Below, piece after piece: positions 10,774 through 20,785 of a DNA stretch of 64,000 nt (positions are counted from its first letter, which is position 1; each line of letters begins with the position of its first letter). The notes beneath the pieces are model-generated. The model did not search any database. It was not told the origin of the DNA and was given only the letters and a program-made list of their open reading frames with translations. The DNA lies in the IMG/VR virus record IMGVR_UViG_3300031774_000001, one strand, 5' to 3'. Origin of the DNA: a virus. The position numbers and the translations under genes are program-made.

Positions 10774-11520
10774 ATGAAAATATTATTAACTGGTTCTGAT
10801 GGATTTATAGGAAAAAATCTAAAGGCATATTTAGAAGTAAGAAATCATACTATTATTGAGATAGACCGTAATAGTGGTAATGATTTACTAACCTGTGATT
10901 TAAAATATGATGTAGATTGGGTAATACATTTAGCAGGACTATCTGGTGTTAGAGATAGTTTAAAAAATCCTACCGAGTATTGGACACAAAACGTTATCGC
11001 AAGTCAAAGAGTATTTGACCATTTCAAAGACACAAAAATTTTATACGCAAGTTCAAGTACTGCATACGAACCTTGGAGAAATCCATATGCAATGAGTAAG
11101 TATTCTATGGAACAAATTGCACCTAAAAAATCTGTTGGTATGAGATTTACTACAGTCTACGGACCAGGTGCTAGAGAAGGTATGTTGATACCTAGAATAT
11201 TAAGAAATGATGTACCATATGTTAATACAAATCATTGGAGAGATTTTATTCACGTAGATGATATATCTTCAGCAATAAACACTTTAATATCTTCAACTGA
11301 AACTGTAATACCATTTGGAGATGTTATAGATATTGGTACTGGAGAAATACATAAACTAACAGACATACTACAATACTTTAAGATTGATAGTGAAGAAAGA
11401 TTAGCAAATGAATTGGAAAGAATATTGAATAAAGCAGATGTATCATTTTTAAATTCTTTAGGTTGGAAACCTGAAGTAAATTTAAGAACATATATTACAA
11501 AAAATAGGATAACAAATTAA
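10774..11520 (+). CDS. NAD-dependent nucleotide-sugar epimerase/dehydratase (extended SDR)
   Basis: TGSDGFIG Rossmann motif, HLAG, YASSS, YAMSK catalytic motif, RFTTVYGP, RDFIHVDD. Confidence 0.9.
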   Translation: MKILLTGSDGFIGKNLKAYLEVRNHTIIEIDRNSGNDLLTCDLKYDVDWVIHLAGLSGVRDSLKNPTEYWTQNVIASQRVFDHFKDTKILYASSSTAYEPWRNPYAMSKYSMEQIAPKKSVGMRFTTVYGPGAREGMLIPRILRNDVPYVNTNHWRDFIHVDDISSAINTLISSTETVIPFGDVIDIGTGEIHKLTDILQYFKIDSEERLANELERILNKADVSFLNSLGWKPEVNLRTYITKNRITN

Positions 11521-12005
11521 TGGCGATTTTTAGTGGAAAAATAACTGAAGCAACTTATACAAATGAAAAAAAAGATACAATTGAAATTTTATATAAAGAA
11601 GAGAATAAAATAATTCCATATTATATAGAAGTTAATCATCAGCATCCAGATTTTCAAGATTTAATAAAAGAGTATTCTTTAGATAAAATACAAAATACTA
11701 CATCTAATAAAATTAAAATATATAATGACAATCTTAAAGAAGCTAATAAAATAGATTTGAAAAAATTAACAGATGAATTAGAATATAAAGCAAATAACTT
11801 TACTAATTGGTATGACTTTATGTTTCATTTTGATGAAAAAAATGCTACTCATATGAATTTTTTATTTGAATTAAAATTAAAAATGTTTGATGAAAAAAAG
11901 GTGAAAGTAATGTCCGAAGATAAGAAAAATCTTATTAGAGATTCTTTAAATCCTTTGGAGATTATAAAAATTGTTAATAAAAAAAATAAGATTAAAAATG
12001 ATTAA
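11520..12005 (+). CDS. Hypothetical protein
   Basis: 161-aa ORF overlapping both neighbours. Confidence 0.7.
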   Translation: MAIFSGKITEATYTNEKKDTIEILYKEENKIIPYYIEVNHQHPDFQDLIKEYSLDKIQNTTSNKIKIYNDNLKEANKIDLKKLTDELEYKANNFTNWYDFMFHFDEKNATHMNFLFELKLKMFDEKKVKVMSEDKKNLIRDSLNPLEIIKIVNKKNKIKND

Positions 12006-12729
12006 TATAATATGTGTAAGGTGGGGAGATAAGTATATTGAATATACTGAAAAGTTAAAACAACAAGTTGAAAAAAAATGTTCAGTTCCTTTTAAATTTT
12101 ATTGTTTAACTGATAAACCAAAAAAAGATTATGAAATACAATTACCAACTCATTGGGATTCGTATTATATAAAAGATAGATTTTGGGCATATAGAAAACT
12201 TTACATCTTTAATGAAGATTTATTTCCTACTATAAAGGGTGATGATTTTCTTTACCTAGACCTAGATGTTCTCATACATCAAGATTTAAAATATTTCTTT
12301 GATTTAGAAATGAGTAGACCTTATATTGTAAGAGGTTGGTGGAATGATATTAATATGTGTAAAAAGAATTTTGGTAAGATAATTTCAACACCTTTAAACT
12401 CTTCTGTTATTAGATGGACTAGAGGACAATTAAAACCTGTTTATAATTATGTTGAAAAAAATAAAGATTTAGTTTTCTTTACATATAAAACAATAGATAA
12501 TTTTTATAATCATAAGTTTTATAATATTCATAATGAAGATGAAGGATTTTTTAAACCTTTTCCTAAAAATGATATATATTCTTGGTATAAAGGAAATGTA
12601 TTTCCAGATGATATGGGAGAAAAAATATTGCGACCTGATTGTAAAATATGTTTATTTAATAATAGTTATGTGTGGAAAGATAAAGCAGAACATATGAAAC
12701 AAATTGAGGAGATAAAAAGATTATGGTAG
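11998..12729 (+). CDS. GT-A-fold glycosyltransferase-like protein
   Basis: IICVRWGDKY N-terminus, FYCLTD, YLDLDVLI (DxD), LNSSVIRW; ATG at 11998 preferred over TTG at 11971. Confidence 0.7.
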   Translation: MINIICVRWGDKYIEYTEKLKQQVEKKCSVPFKFYCLTDKPKKDYEIQLPTHWDSYYIKDRFWAYRKLYIFNEDLFPTIKGDDFLYLDLDVLIHQDLKYFFDLEMSRPYIVRGWWNDINMCKKNFGKIISTPLNSSVIRWTRGQLKPVYNYVEKNKDLVFFTYKTIDNFYNHKFYNIHNEDEGFFKPFPKNDIYSWYKGNVFPDDMGEKILRPDCKICLFNNSYVWKDKAEHMKQIEEIKRLW

Positions 12730-13394
12730 AATATATTAAATATACTCCTAAATTATCAAACAATTGGTCAAAGGCTTGGTCTGAAACACAAAAACAAAGA
12801 CCTTGGCAATCAAGAAGATTATTAGATTCATCAACTACTTCACAACTACAAGGTAAGTTATGGTTAGTAAATGAATTACAAAAACTTGATTTAAAATTTT
12901 CAAAAGTTTGTTTAGTTGGTGGATGGTTTGCTCAATTTATAACACCTTTAATGATTGATAATTTTAATGTTGAGTTTATTCACAATTGGGAGATTGATGA
13001 AGACGCTCAAAAAATTAGTTATAAGTTTAATAGAAGATATAAAGAAGATAATAGATATAGAGCATATTGTTCCAATCTTTTTGAATATCATTGGAGTGAT
13101 GAAGTTAAAAAGTATTATAATTATTGGAATAAATTTAGAAATGCAAATTATGATTTAGTTATTAATACATCTTGCGAACATATGTATCCTATGAAAAAAT
13201 TAAGAGAGTATAATCCTGATTTAAAATCTTGGTTTGTTTTACAGTCAACAAACGAAACAAAATTTAAAGACCATATTAATTGTGTTAATAGTACAAAAGA
13301 ATTAGCAGAGCAAGGTGGATTAAAACAAATATTATATGAAGGACAACTAACTTTAGATAATGGTATGACTAGATTTATGGTAATTGGAATATAA
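12723..13394 (+). CDS. Class I SAM-dependent methyltransferase-like protein
   Basis: VCLVGGWF glycine motif, acidic EIDED after strand 2, DLVINTSCEHM. Confidence 0.6.
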   Translation: MVEYIKYTPKLSNNWSKAWSETQKQRPWQSRRLLDSSTTSQLQGKLWLVNELQKLDLKFSKVCLVGGWFAQFITPLMIDNFNVEFIHNWEIDEDAQKISYKFNRRYKEDNRYRAYCSNLFEYHWSDEVKKYYNYWNKFRNANYDLVINTSCEHMYPMKKLREYNPDLKSWFVLQSTNETKFKDHINCVNSTKELAEQGGLKQILYEGQLTLDNGMTRFMVIGI

Positions 13395-14476
13395 TGTATA
13401 ATGAAAAAAAACCATTAAGAGTACACGTAGAATTATCTAATAAGTGTAATGCAATGTGTCCACAATGTGGAAGAAATTACATTGATAAAGATGGTGTTTT
13501 AAAAGTTAAACCTACTATGCAAACAGGTGAATTAGTTTTAGAAGATTATAAAAAAATCTTTGATGATAAGTTTTATAATACCTTTGATTTAAAAAAAATT
13601 AATTATTGTGGCAATAGGTCAGACCCTATAGCGTCAAAAGATTTACACGAAATTGTAGAATATTCTTATAGTAGAAATAGTAAAACTAAAATTGTTATTG
13701 CAACAAACGGTGGATTAAAAACAACTGAATGGTGGAGTAAATTTGGCAAATTGATGTCAGATAAACAACATCACGTAGTTTTTGGTTTAGATGGATTAGA
13801 AGATACACACCACATATACAGACAAAGAACAAATTTTAATAAAGTAATATCAAATGCAAAAACATTTATACAAAATGGTGGTAAAGCAGAATGGCAAATG
13901 TTAATATATGAACATAATCAACATCAAATAGATGACGCAAAACAAATGGCAAAAGAAATAGGTTTTGCTAGTTTTAAAGAAGTTTATACTCCAAGATTTT
14001 GGTCTAAAGAAGGTCAACGATTAGAATTTAAAGTTGGTGATAAAGATTATCTATTAGAACCAGCTACAATAGAAAAAAATAAAATAGATAATAAGAAACT
14101 AGGAGAACATTTTGACCCAAAGAATCCTGATAGAGATAAAGAGGCAGGTTATATTGAGTGTAAAGCATTAAAAATTAATGAGTTTTTTTTAGATTTTGAT
14201 GGTAATGTATTGCCTTGTTGTTGGTTGGGTAATAGTTTAAATAGAAAAAATGAAACTTGGTTAAAAGATACTTTGAGATATGCAGATAATATGATGAATT
14301 TTTATGAGCCAAAGGTTATGAATGCTATTGATAATGATTTAACAGAAATACTTTTAGAGTCTATATGGATGAAACAATTACAAAAATCTTGGGATATAGC
14401 ACCTTGTAAGACCTGTGCTAGGTTCTGTAGTAAAAGGATAAATATTAAGAAACAAGTTAATAGGGAAATGTTATGA
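13394..14476 (+). CDS. Radical SAM enzyme with SPASM/twitch-type C-terminal cysteines
   Basis: CNAMCPQC (CxxxCxxC), CGNRSDP, ATNGG, FGLDGL; C-terminal C..GNVLPCC..CKTCARFC. Confidence 0.9.
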   Translation: MYNEKKPLRVHVELSNKCNAMCPQCGRNYIDKDGVLKVKPTMQTGELVLEDYKKIFDDKFYNTFDLKKINYCGNRSDPIASKDLHEIVEYSYSRNSKTKIVIATNGGLKTTEWWSKFGKLMSDKQHHVVFGLDGLEDTHHIYRQRTNFNKVISNAKTFIQNGGKAEWQMLIYEHNQHQIDDAKQMAKEIGFASFKEVYTPRFWSKEGQRLEFKVGDKDYLLEPATIEKNKIDNKKLGEHFDPKNPDRDKEAGYIECKALKINEFFLDFDGNVLPCCWLGNSLNRKNETWLKDTLRYADNMMNFYEPKVMNAIDNDLTEILLESIWMKQLQKSWDIAPCKTCARFCSKRINIKKQVNREML

Positions 14477-15213
14477 GTTTAATAGACGCAATGAAATTTA
14501 GAGAGAATATTCGTTTTTTTAAACAAGACGAATATCCAACAGAAGTAGAAATTAAAGCTTTAATTAGGGATGCTCACGAATTAGTTCCTCAAAAGAATAA
14601 TATTGTTGAGTGTAATATAGATGTATATGGACCTAAATGGGCAAAGGAAAAAGAAAAATTAGTTTTAAGCACAATGTGTGGAGTGTCTAAAGAACATTGG
14701 CGTAAAGGTGGTAAGCACGAAGGTGATTATGATTTATTAAAAAAAATTTACGATAGATGGAGAAAAAAACAAGAGCGTCCTAGAGTTCATAGATATGATC
14801 CAGATAATAATTTACCATATCCTGATATGCAATTTAATGAACAAGTTAGAGCGCCTTACTTACTAGTTTATACTCAAAGATTAAGACGACCATCCGAAGA
14901 GCAATTAAAAAGAGGATTTCCAGAATTCGTTTATAAGTTTACTAAATCGGATGATGAAAGTTTGAATTGGTATATATCGGCTGGTATGCACGGAATTAGT
15001 CTTAATTATTTGGCTGCTGATAGGGGTATATATGGTTCTTTTTGTAAATGTTTTCATTGGGATAAAAATAATGATACAGAAATATTAAAACCCGCTGAAA
15101 GAAAACCTAAAGATATTGCTTTTATGATTGGTTTAGGATATAGAGATGAAACTGGTTACTATCCTAAAGAAACAAATTATTCAACATCAAGTGAGTATGT
15201 GAAATGGAAATAA
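14473..15213 (+). CDS. Nitroreductase-family flavoprotein
   Basis: AMKFRENIRFF N-terminal FMN motif, PQKNN, AADRGIYGSFC, IGLGY. Confidence 0.65.
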   Translation: MSLIDAMKFRENIRFFKQDEYPTEVEIKALIRDAHELVPQKNNIVECNIDVYGPKWAKEKEKLVLSTMCGVSKEHWRKGGKHEGDYDLLKKIYDRWRKKQERPRVHRYDPDNNLPYPDMQFNEQVRAPYLLVYTQRLRRPSEEQLKRGFPEFVYKFTKSDDESLNWYISAGMHGISLNYLAADRGIYGSFCKCFHWDKNNDTEILKPAERKPKDIAFMIGLGYRDETGYYPKETNYSTSSEYVKWK

Positions 15214-15216
15214 ATT

Positions 15217-15924
15217 ATGAAAATAGTTGCTATTAGAATTGGTGATAAGTACGGTCCCGAATACGAAACATATCTACAAAACAAATTACCACAACACGAA
15301 TTTATTTGGGTAAGAGAACCTTACGATAAAAGAGTTGCTTTACAATGGAATAAAATGTGGGCAATGCAAATGGATATTGATGAACCTATTTGTGTTATTG
15401 ACATTGACATATTACTTGTAAATGATTATAATAAACTATTTGATTATCCTGTTAAGAAAGGACAATTTTTAGCAATACCAGGTTGGTGGAGAGATAGTAC
15501 AAAAAATAGTTATAAAATAAATGGTGGATTCTTTAAGTATTATCCAAAAGAGTGTAAGTACATTTATGATAAGTTTATGAAAGATATAGAATACTGGCAA
15601 CAATATTATATCAAAAATGGGACAACAGCAGGGCCTGTAAATGGTGAACAATATTTTGTAGAAGATAGTGCTAATGAAAGATTAGAAGTTATTACAACAC
15701 CTAATAGTTGGTGTACTCGTTGGACATCAAATGAAGATGTAATTTATGGAAAAGATATGACAGAATGGCAAGTAAAAATTTCTCATAAGTATAGAGACCT
15801 AACAGGCAACCCATATATTTACCTAGACAAATTTCATCCAGATATTAAGTTAGTACACTTTACACACTCAATTAATAAACCTACAGAATGGAAAGATTAT
15901 AATGTGGTTGCTACTTCAAAATAG
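15217..15924 (+). CDS. GT-A-fold glycosyltransferase-like protein (distant paralogue of 11998)
   Basis: IRIGDKYG, WNK, IDIDILL (DxD), INGGFF, GEQ, VHFTH..KP (GT8-like motifs). Confidence 0.7.
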   Translation: MKIVAIRIGDKYGPEYETYLQNKLPQHEFIWVREPYDKRVALQWNKMWAMQMDIDEPICVIDIDILLVNDYNKLFDYPVKKGQFLAIPGWWRDSTKNSYKINGGFFKYYPKECKYIYDKFMKDIEYWQQYYIKNGTTAGPVNGEQYFVEDSANERLEVITTPNSWCTRWTSNEDVIYGKDMTEWQVKISHKYRDLTGNPYIYLDKFHPDIKLVHFTHSINKPTEWKDYNVVATSK

Positions 15925-16372
15925 AAAATACAAAACAAATGAAAATGGAATTGGCACCGTATGTGAAGTATGGATAAATGAAGATAAAGGATTGATTAAA
16001 AGATATTTTAAATCTGATGGTATTACCGTATCTGGAAAACCAGTAGGTTCTGAAAATCCACCAGAAAGAATTAAAGAGTTATTTGAAAATGAAAAGTATT
16101 GGTTAGAAAAATTAAAAAGTAAATGGATACCAGAAACAGTTGAAATAGGAGATAATTATATTATACAAAAATATTATGGACCAGTTATAGGTCATAATGT
16201 AGATAAATGGACAAAACAAGAGAAAGAATTATTAGAATTTTATAAGAATAATAATTGCAATAAAACAAATCATAATGGTTGGTCTATGACAAATAAAGGA
16301 GAACAATTAATAGGTTTTGATTTTAAACACGCATTAAAGATTAAAGGAGAACAAAGGATAGCTGTAGTATGA
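15902..16372 (+). CDS. Short protein-kinase-like fold protein
   Basis: GIGTVCEV Gly-loop-like, LIKRY, FENE helix C, IPE..YIIQKYYG hinge, GFDF; catalytic loop is non-canonical. Confidence 0.5.
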   Translation: MWLLLQNRKYKTNENGIGTVCEVWINEDKGLIKRYFKSDGITVSGKPVGSENPPERIKELFENEKYWLEKLKSKWIPETVEIGDNYIIQKYYGPVIGHNVDKWTKQEKELLEFYKNNNCNKTNHNGWSMTNKGEQLIGFDFKHALKIKGEQRIAVV

Positions 16373-16956
16373 TTTACACTAAAGAATGGGCGTTTATTCA
16401 TATACCTAAAACTGCTGGACTAAATTTTATATTAAGAATGGAAAAGAAACCAGAAGTTATAAATGCTCAATGGAATTTACAAAAGAAAACTGGACTTAAA
16501 GACGTGAATCATTTACCATTACAATGGTGGTTAGATAGAGGAGAATTAAACAAAGAACAATACATATTTACTTTTGTACGAAATCCATATAGTAGAATTG
16601 TTAGTCTATATAATCATATGTTAATTGAAGGACGTAATATACCAGGATTTAAAGAGTTTATTATGGAGGATATTGTACATACTAAAAATCCTCCTGGTTT
16701 AGATTATGATTTTGGTTGGCCACAATATAAATCTATTGAGAATAACCAAGGAATAAATGTTAAATGTTATAAAATGGAAACAGAATTGCCTTTAGTTGAA
16801 GAGTATATAGGATATATATTTACAGACACTAGATATAATGATATGCCACACGCACCTTGGCAAACTTATTACGATAGTGAAACTAAAGAAAAAGTAAACG
16901 AAAAATATAAAGAAGATTTTAAAAGGTTTAATTATAATGAACACTTATCAATGTAA
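16369..16956 (+). CDS. Sulfotransferase family 2 protein
   Basis: FIHIPKTAG (5'-PSB) and FTFVRNPYSRIVSLY (3'-PB) PAPS-binding motifs; YKEDFKRFNY C-terminus. Confidence 0.85.
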   Translation: MIYTKEWAFIHIPKTAGLNFILRMEKKPEVINAQWNLQKKTGLKDVNHLPLQWWLDRGELNKEQYIFTFVRNPYSRIVSLYNHMLIEGRNIPGFKEFIMEDIVHTKNPPGLDYDFGWPQYKSIENNQGINVKCYKMETELPLVEEYIGYIFTDTRYNDMPHAPWQTYYDSETKEKVNEKYKEDFKRFNYNEHLSM

Positions 16957-17536
16957 AGATGATATAATAAATGCAGATGAAAAAGGGCAACTTTTGTCTG
17001 AAGTAAAGAATATTAGTTTATGGTCTAATAAACTTTCTTACTATGCACCTAAAGATGATACTGGTACAGGTATAAGAGTAATGAAAGTTAGAGAAGATGA
17101 TGACTACCATCAAACAAAAGTATATAAAGAATTTATAAAAAATCAAAAATCTCCTTTAGAAGGTTTGTTTGAAAAATTGGTTAATAAGATTAATCCTAAA
17201 TTAAAATTTTTTGTAGTAGATTATATAAGGTTTGCACCAATGGATGATATTACTATTCATAAAGATACGGATACTGTTCCTGGAAGAGCGTCTTGTATTA
17301 CTTGGCCGTTATATCCAGAGTTAAAAGATTTTTCTCCAGTAAAATATTATAATGATGATAAAACTTTTAATGAAGATGTTTATTATCAAGAAAAACCTTT
17401 GATTGTTAGTACTGCTAAAAATCATTGTTGTTTTAACGGTAGTCAAGAAGCTAGATTTACTTTTCAAATTTGTTTTTATGATCCAATAGAAAGATTGGCT
17501 GAATTAGACCAAAAAGGAGAATTGTTTAATGTATGA
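16937..17536 (+). CDS. Fe(II)/2OG dioxygenase-like protein
   Basis: IHKD..H facial triad and RFTFQ; paralogue of 17963. Confidence 0.65.
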   Translation: MNTYQCKDDIINADEKGQLLSEVKNISLWSNKLSYYAPKDDTGTGIRVMKVREDDDYHQTKVYKEFIKNQKSPLEGLFEKLVNKINPKLKFFVVDYIRFAPMDDITIHKDTDTVPGRASCITWPLYPELKDFSPVKYYNDDKTFNEDVYYQEKPLIVSTAKNHCCFNGSQEARFTFQICFYDPIERLAELDQKGELFNV

Positions 17537-17966
17537 TTTAACAAATATATTAGTTGAGATTGAAACTTTACCTAAATGGGACGAGCAAATATGCTTACAA
17601 GGTACAGAAACTAATAAAGACCCCTTTGCTGGTATTAATTCATTGTTAACAACACCAGAAAAAGAAATAGAATTTAAATATAATTTATTTGATTTACCTT
17701 ATATAAATTCTATTATAAAAGAACATAATTTATATAGAGTTAGATTAATGAATTTAAAAAGTAAGACTTGTTATTCTTATCATCAAGACCAATGTAAACG
17801 ATTTCATATACCTTTAATTACAAATGATAATTGTTTCTTTGTTGTTGATGATAAAGTTAAAAGATATCCAGCAGATGGTAATTATTATATAATTGATACA
17901 GATAAAAAACATACTGCTGTTAATGCTTCTTGGGAAGATAGAATTCATTTAGTAGGTAATTTATGA
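17529..17966 (+). CDS. Aspartyl/asparaginyl beta-hydroxylase-like (AspH/LpxO-type) oxygenase
   Basis: RVRLM..YSYHQD..RFHIPLITN..HTAVNAS..DRIHLV. Confidence 0.8.
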   Translation: MYDLTNILVEIETLPKWDEQICLQGTETNKDPFAGINSLLTTPEKEIEFKYNLFDLPYINSIIKEHNLYRVRLMNLKSKTCYSYHQDQCKRFHIPLITNDNCFFVVDDKVKRYPADGNYYIIDTDKKHTAVNASWEDRIHLVGNL

Positions 17967-18475
17967 ACACATACCAATGTAAAAATGATATAATAAATGA
18001 AGATGAAAGAAAGCAACTTTTATCTCAAGCAAGAGGTTGTGATTATTATAATTATACAACTGATAAAGGAACAAATACAGGATTACAAGTTGTTAAACTA
18101 CCTATAGATGGTTTAGTTAAAAAATTGGTTAATAAGACCAATTCTAAATTGAAATTTTTTATAGCAGATTTTATAAAGTTTGATCCTAAAGTTGGAATTC
18201 ATCCTCATAAAGATGACCACCTTGGAAGAGCTTCTTGTATTACTTGGGCATTGTATCCATCATTAAAAGATTTTTGTCCTATAAAATATTATAATGAAGA
18301 TAAAACTTTTAATGAAGAAGTATATTATGAAAAGAAACCTTTAATTATTACGACTAGAAATAATCATAGTTGTAGTAATGAAAGTGAAGTAGAAAGATAT
18401 ACTTTTCAATTGTGTTTTTATGATCCAATAGAAAAATTAGCGGAGTTAGACCAAAAAGACGAGTTGTTTATATGA
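17963..18475 (+). CDS. Fe(II)/2OG dioxygenase-like protein
   Basis: PHKD..NHS..RYTFQ; paralogue of 16937. Confidence 0.65.
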   Translation: MNTYQCKNDIINEDERKQLLSQARGCDYYNYTTDKGTNTGLQVVKLPIDGLVKKLVNKTNSKLKFFIADFIKFDPKVGIHPHKDDHLGRASCITWALYPSLKDFCPIKYYNEDKTFNEEVYYEKKPLIITTRNNHSCSNESEVERYTFQLCFYDPIEKLAELDQKDELFI

Positions 18476-18903
18476 TAATAAAAGAGATAACACACGAACA
18501 AGCATTAGAGTGGATATCTAAACAAGATTTAGAGGATACTTGGCATACAGATTTTAAAGAATGGAAAAAACATTTAATTTTAGCAGCTAAATATTGGCCT
18601 TGGGTTAAAAAGTTTTATAGAGGTAAGAATAATTGGTTAGGGGCCTTTGATGATGAGTTATGTGGTGTTTATTGGTATACAATTGTTGAAAATGAAATGT
18701 ATGATGGTTTTTTAATATCAAGAAAACAAGGTGCAGGATTAAAATTAGCAAGAGAGTTATATAATAGAACAAAAGGTCAATGGAGATATAATTGGACAAT
18801 GTGTAGTAAAGAATATTTAAAGTTTAATAATAGATTAGGATTTCAAGGAACACAATATGCTAATATTACTCCTTGGTATGAGGTATATTTACTATGGCGA
18901 TAA
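18472..18903 (+). CDS. GNAT-family N-acetyltransferase
   Basis: RKQGAG acetyl-CoA motif A and FNNRLGF motif B. Confidence 0.65.
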   Translation: MIIKEITHEQALEWISKQDLEDTWHTDFKEWKKHLILAAKYWPWVKKFYRGKNNWLGAFDDELCGVYWYTIVENEMYDGFLISRKQGAGLKLARELYNRTKGQWRYNWTMCSKEYLKFNNRLGFQGTQYANITPWYEVYLLWR

Positions 18904-19991
18904 AAGAGATATTAAGTTTTAATAAGATACATAGTGGCGCTGAAGAAGTAATATCTGCTAAGTCTTATGAGTTAACGTTTAAAGATGGCAAGGTATTAAA
19001 AGATACAATGTCTGGTCTTTGGAACGTACCTTTAGGTTATTCTAATACAAATATAAAACAAGTTATGAAAGAACAATTAGATAAGTTGCCATATGCAAGT
19101 AATTTTTCTGGTTATCATAGTCAAATAACTGAACAATATGCTGATGAAATTTGTAAGAGAACAAATATGAGTAGAGTATATTTTACAAATAGTGGAAGTG
19201 CTGCTGTTGAAACAGCAATTAAATTATCAGGTAAGAATATAGCAGTATGTGGAAAACATAGTTATCACGGTTCTACAATATTAAGTGCTAATGCAAGTGA
19301 CCAAGATATTAATAAATTTTGGAAGATACAAAATCCTATGAGTGTTCATAAGTTTGAAGATTCAGATGACCTAATACAAATATCAAATGGTTTATTTGAT
19401 TTGTCTTTTGTAATTATAGAACCTGTTGTGGGAGCGGGTGGTGTTTATGAGTGGCAACCTGAAATATGGGATATATTAAAAGAGTATCAACAAAGAGGTG
19501 GTGTAGTTATACTAGATGAAACAGTTACAGGTTTTGGTAAACTAGGTACTATGTTTGCCTTTGAAAAATATAATATAGAACCAGATATGATTGTATTAGG
19601 AAAGGGTATAACTAATGGATATTTTCCTATGGGCGCTTGTTTAATAAATGAAAGAATAGAAAAGTCAGTTAAAATGTTTAATCACGGTTTTACTTATTCA
19701 GGACATCCTGTTGGTTGTGCCGCTGCTTTAGAAACAATTAGAGAGATAGATAAATTAGATTTAGAACATAAACAAATAAATGGTATTACAAGACAGTATG
19801 GTTGTATGGGTGCAATAGATTTTGAAACTCCAAGACAATCATTAACATTTATTAAAAAAATGAGAGAGAAAGGTTATATCTTGGAAGATGGATCAGAAAA
19901 CGTATCAACTGCTGTATTTTGTTTACCATATGTCTTTCAAGAACACAACGAATTTGAGGAGGCAATAAAATGTACCATAACGGATATGTAG
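18894..19991 (+). CDS. Class III PLP aminotransferase (BioA/omega-transaminase-like)
   Basis: SGLWNVPLGY, TNSGSAAVE, SYHGST, IEPVVGAGG, DETVTGFGKLG, GKG with PLP lysine, HGFTYSGHP. Confidence 0.9.
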   Translation: MAIKEILSFNKIHSGAEEVISAKSYELTFKDGKVLKDTMSGLWNVPLGYSNTNIKQVMKEQLDKLPYASNFSGYHSQITEQYADEICKRTNMSRVYFTNSGSAAVETAIKLSGKNIAVCGKHSYHGSTILSANASDQDINKFWKIQNPMSVHKFEDSDDLIQISNGLFDLSFVIIEPVVGAGGVYEWQPEIWDILKEYQQRGGVVILDETVTGFGKLGTMFAFEKYNIEPDMIVLGKGITNGYFPMGACLINERIEKSVKMFNHGFTYSGHPVGCAAALETIREIDKLDLEHKQINGITRQYGCMGAIDFETPRQSLTFIKKMREKGYILEDGSENVSTAVFCLPYVFQEHNEFEEAIKCTITDM

Positions 19992-20785
19992 AAACTTTAC
20001 CTGTACAATTGCCAGAAGTAACTCAATTGATTAAAGAATATTTTAAAGAACATTATAATCACAATTATATTTGTAGATATAAAAAAGAATTAATTGAAGA
20101 ATTTATAAAAGATTTTATACCTTGGTTAAATAAAGGTCATTTAAAATTTAAAGGTTTAGAAGATTTTAAAAATGTTTATATAACAAATGGTGTTACCGAG
20201 TTTATTCAAATTGCAATGGTTGAACATAGTTTAAGACCTATATGTGTTGAGGACGATTATCAAGCATTTAGTGCTAATGCTTCAGCTTATATTCGTTCAG
20301 GTATTAAATTAAATAATAAAATAAATGTAATTACTTTGCCCTTTTGTAAAACGGCAGACATACATCCTAAAACCTGTGAGATATTAGACACCCCTTGTTG
20401 GGTTGATTTAGCTTGGGCAGGTAATAGTGGCATTAAAGAAACTTTTGATTTAAGTAAAGCTGAGTATGCGTCATTTAGTTTTAGTAAATGTTTTGGTGTG
20501 CAATATCATAGAATAGGAATTTGTTTTTCTAAAAAACCTATAAAAATTATGGAATTACAAAAAGGATTTGAGTATGTTAATATAGTAGGTGTGGAATTAA
20601 TGAAGTATATGATGAACAAAATATCACCTTCATATTTGTACGATAAATATAAGGATATAGCGCATAAAATTTGTGCTGATAACAATTTACAACCTACCAA
20701 AAACTTATGGATAGGTTTAGAAGATGGTAAAAGAAAACCACTAATAGAATACTGGATGAAATATTTAAATGAGAACAGCAAATAA
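19970..20785 (+). CDS. Fold-type-I PLP-dependent enzyme
   Basis: ITNGVTE, DLAW, SFSKCFG....RIG with PLP lysine. Confidence 0.7.
   Translation: MYHNGYVETLPVQLPEVTQLIKEYFKEHYNHNYICRYKKELIEEFIKDFIPWLNKGHLKFKGLEDFKNVYITNGVTEFIQIAMVEHSLRPICVEDDYQAFSANASAYIRSGIKLNNKINVITLPFCKTADIHPKTCEILDTPCWVDLAWAGNSGIKETFDLSKAEYASFSFSKCFGVQYHRIGICFSKKPIKIMELQKGFEYVNIVGVELMKYMMNKISPSYLYDKYKDIAHKICADNNLQPTKNLWIGLEDGKRKPLIEYWMKYLNENSK

Larger units (their letters stand above)
16937..18475 (+). repeat. Dispersed gene duplication (16937-17536 vs 17963-18475)
   Basis: Near-identical DNA at starts (atgaacac.ta.caatgtaaa.atgatataataaatg) and ends (tgtttttatgatccaatagaaa..tt.gc.ga.ttagaccaaaaag). Confidence 0.85.

Noticed and set aside
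18894-19991. Calling the aminotransferase bioA
   Set aside because: Class III motifs are clear, but no other biotin genes are present and specificity cannot be read from sequence
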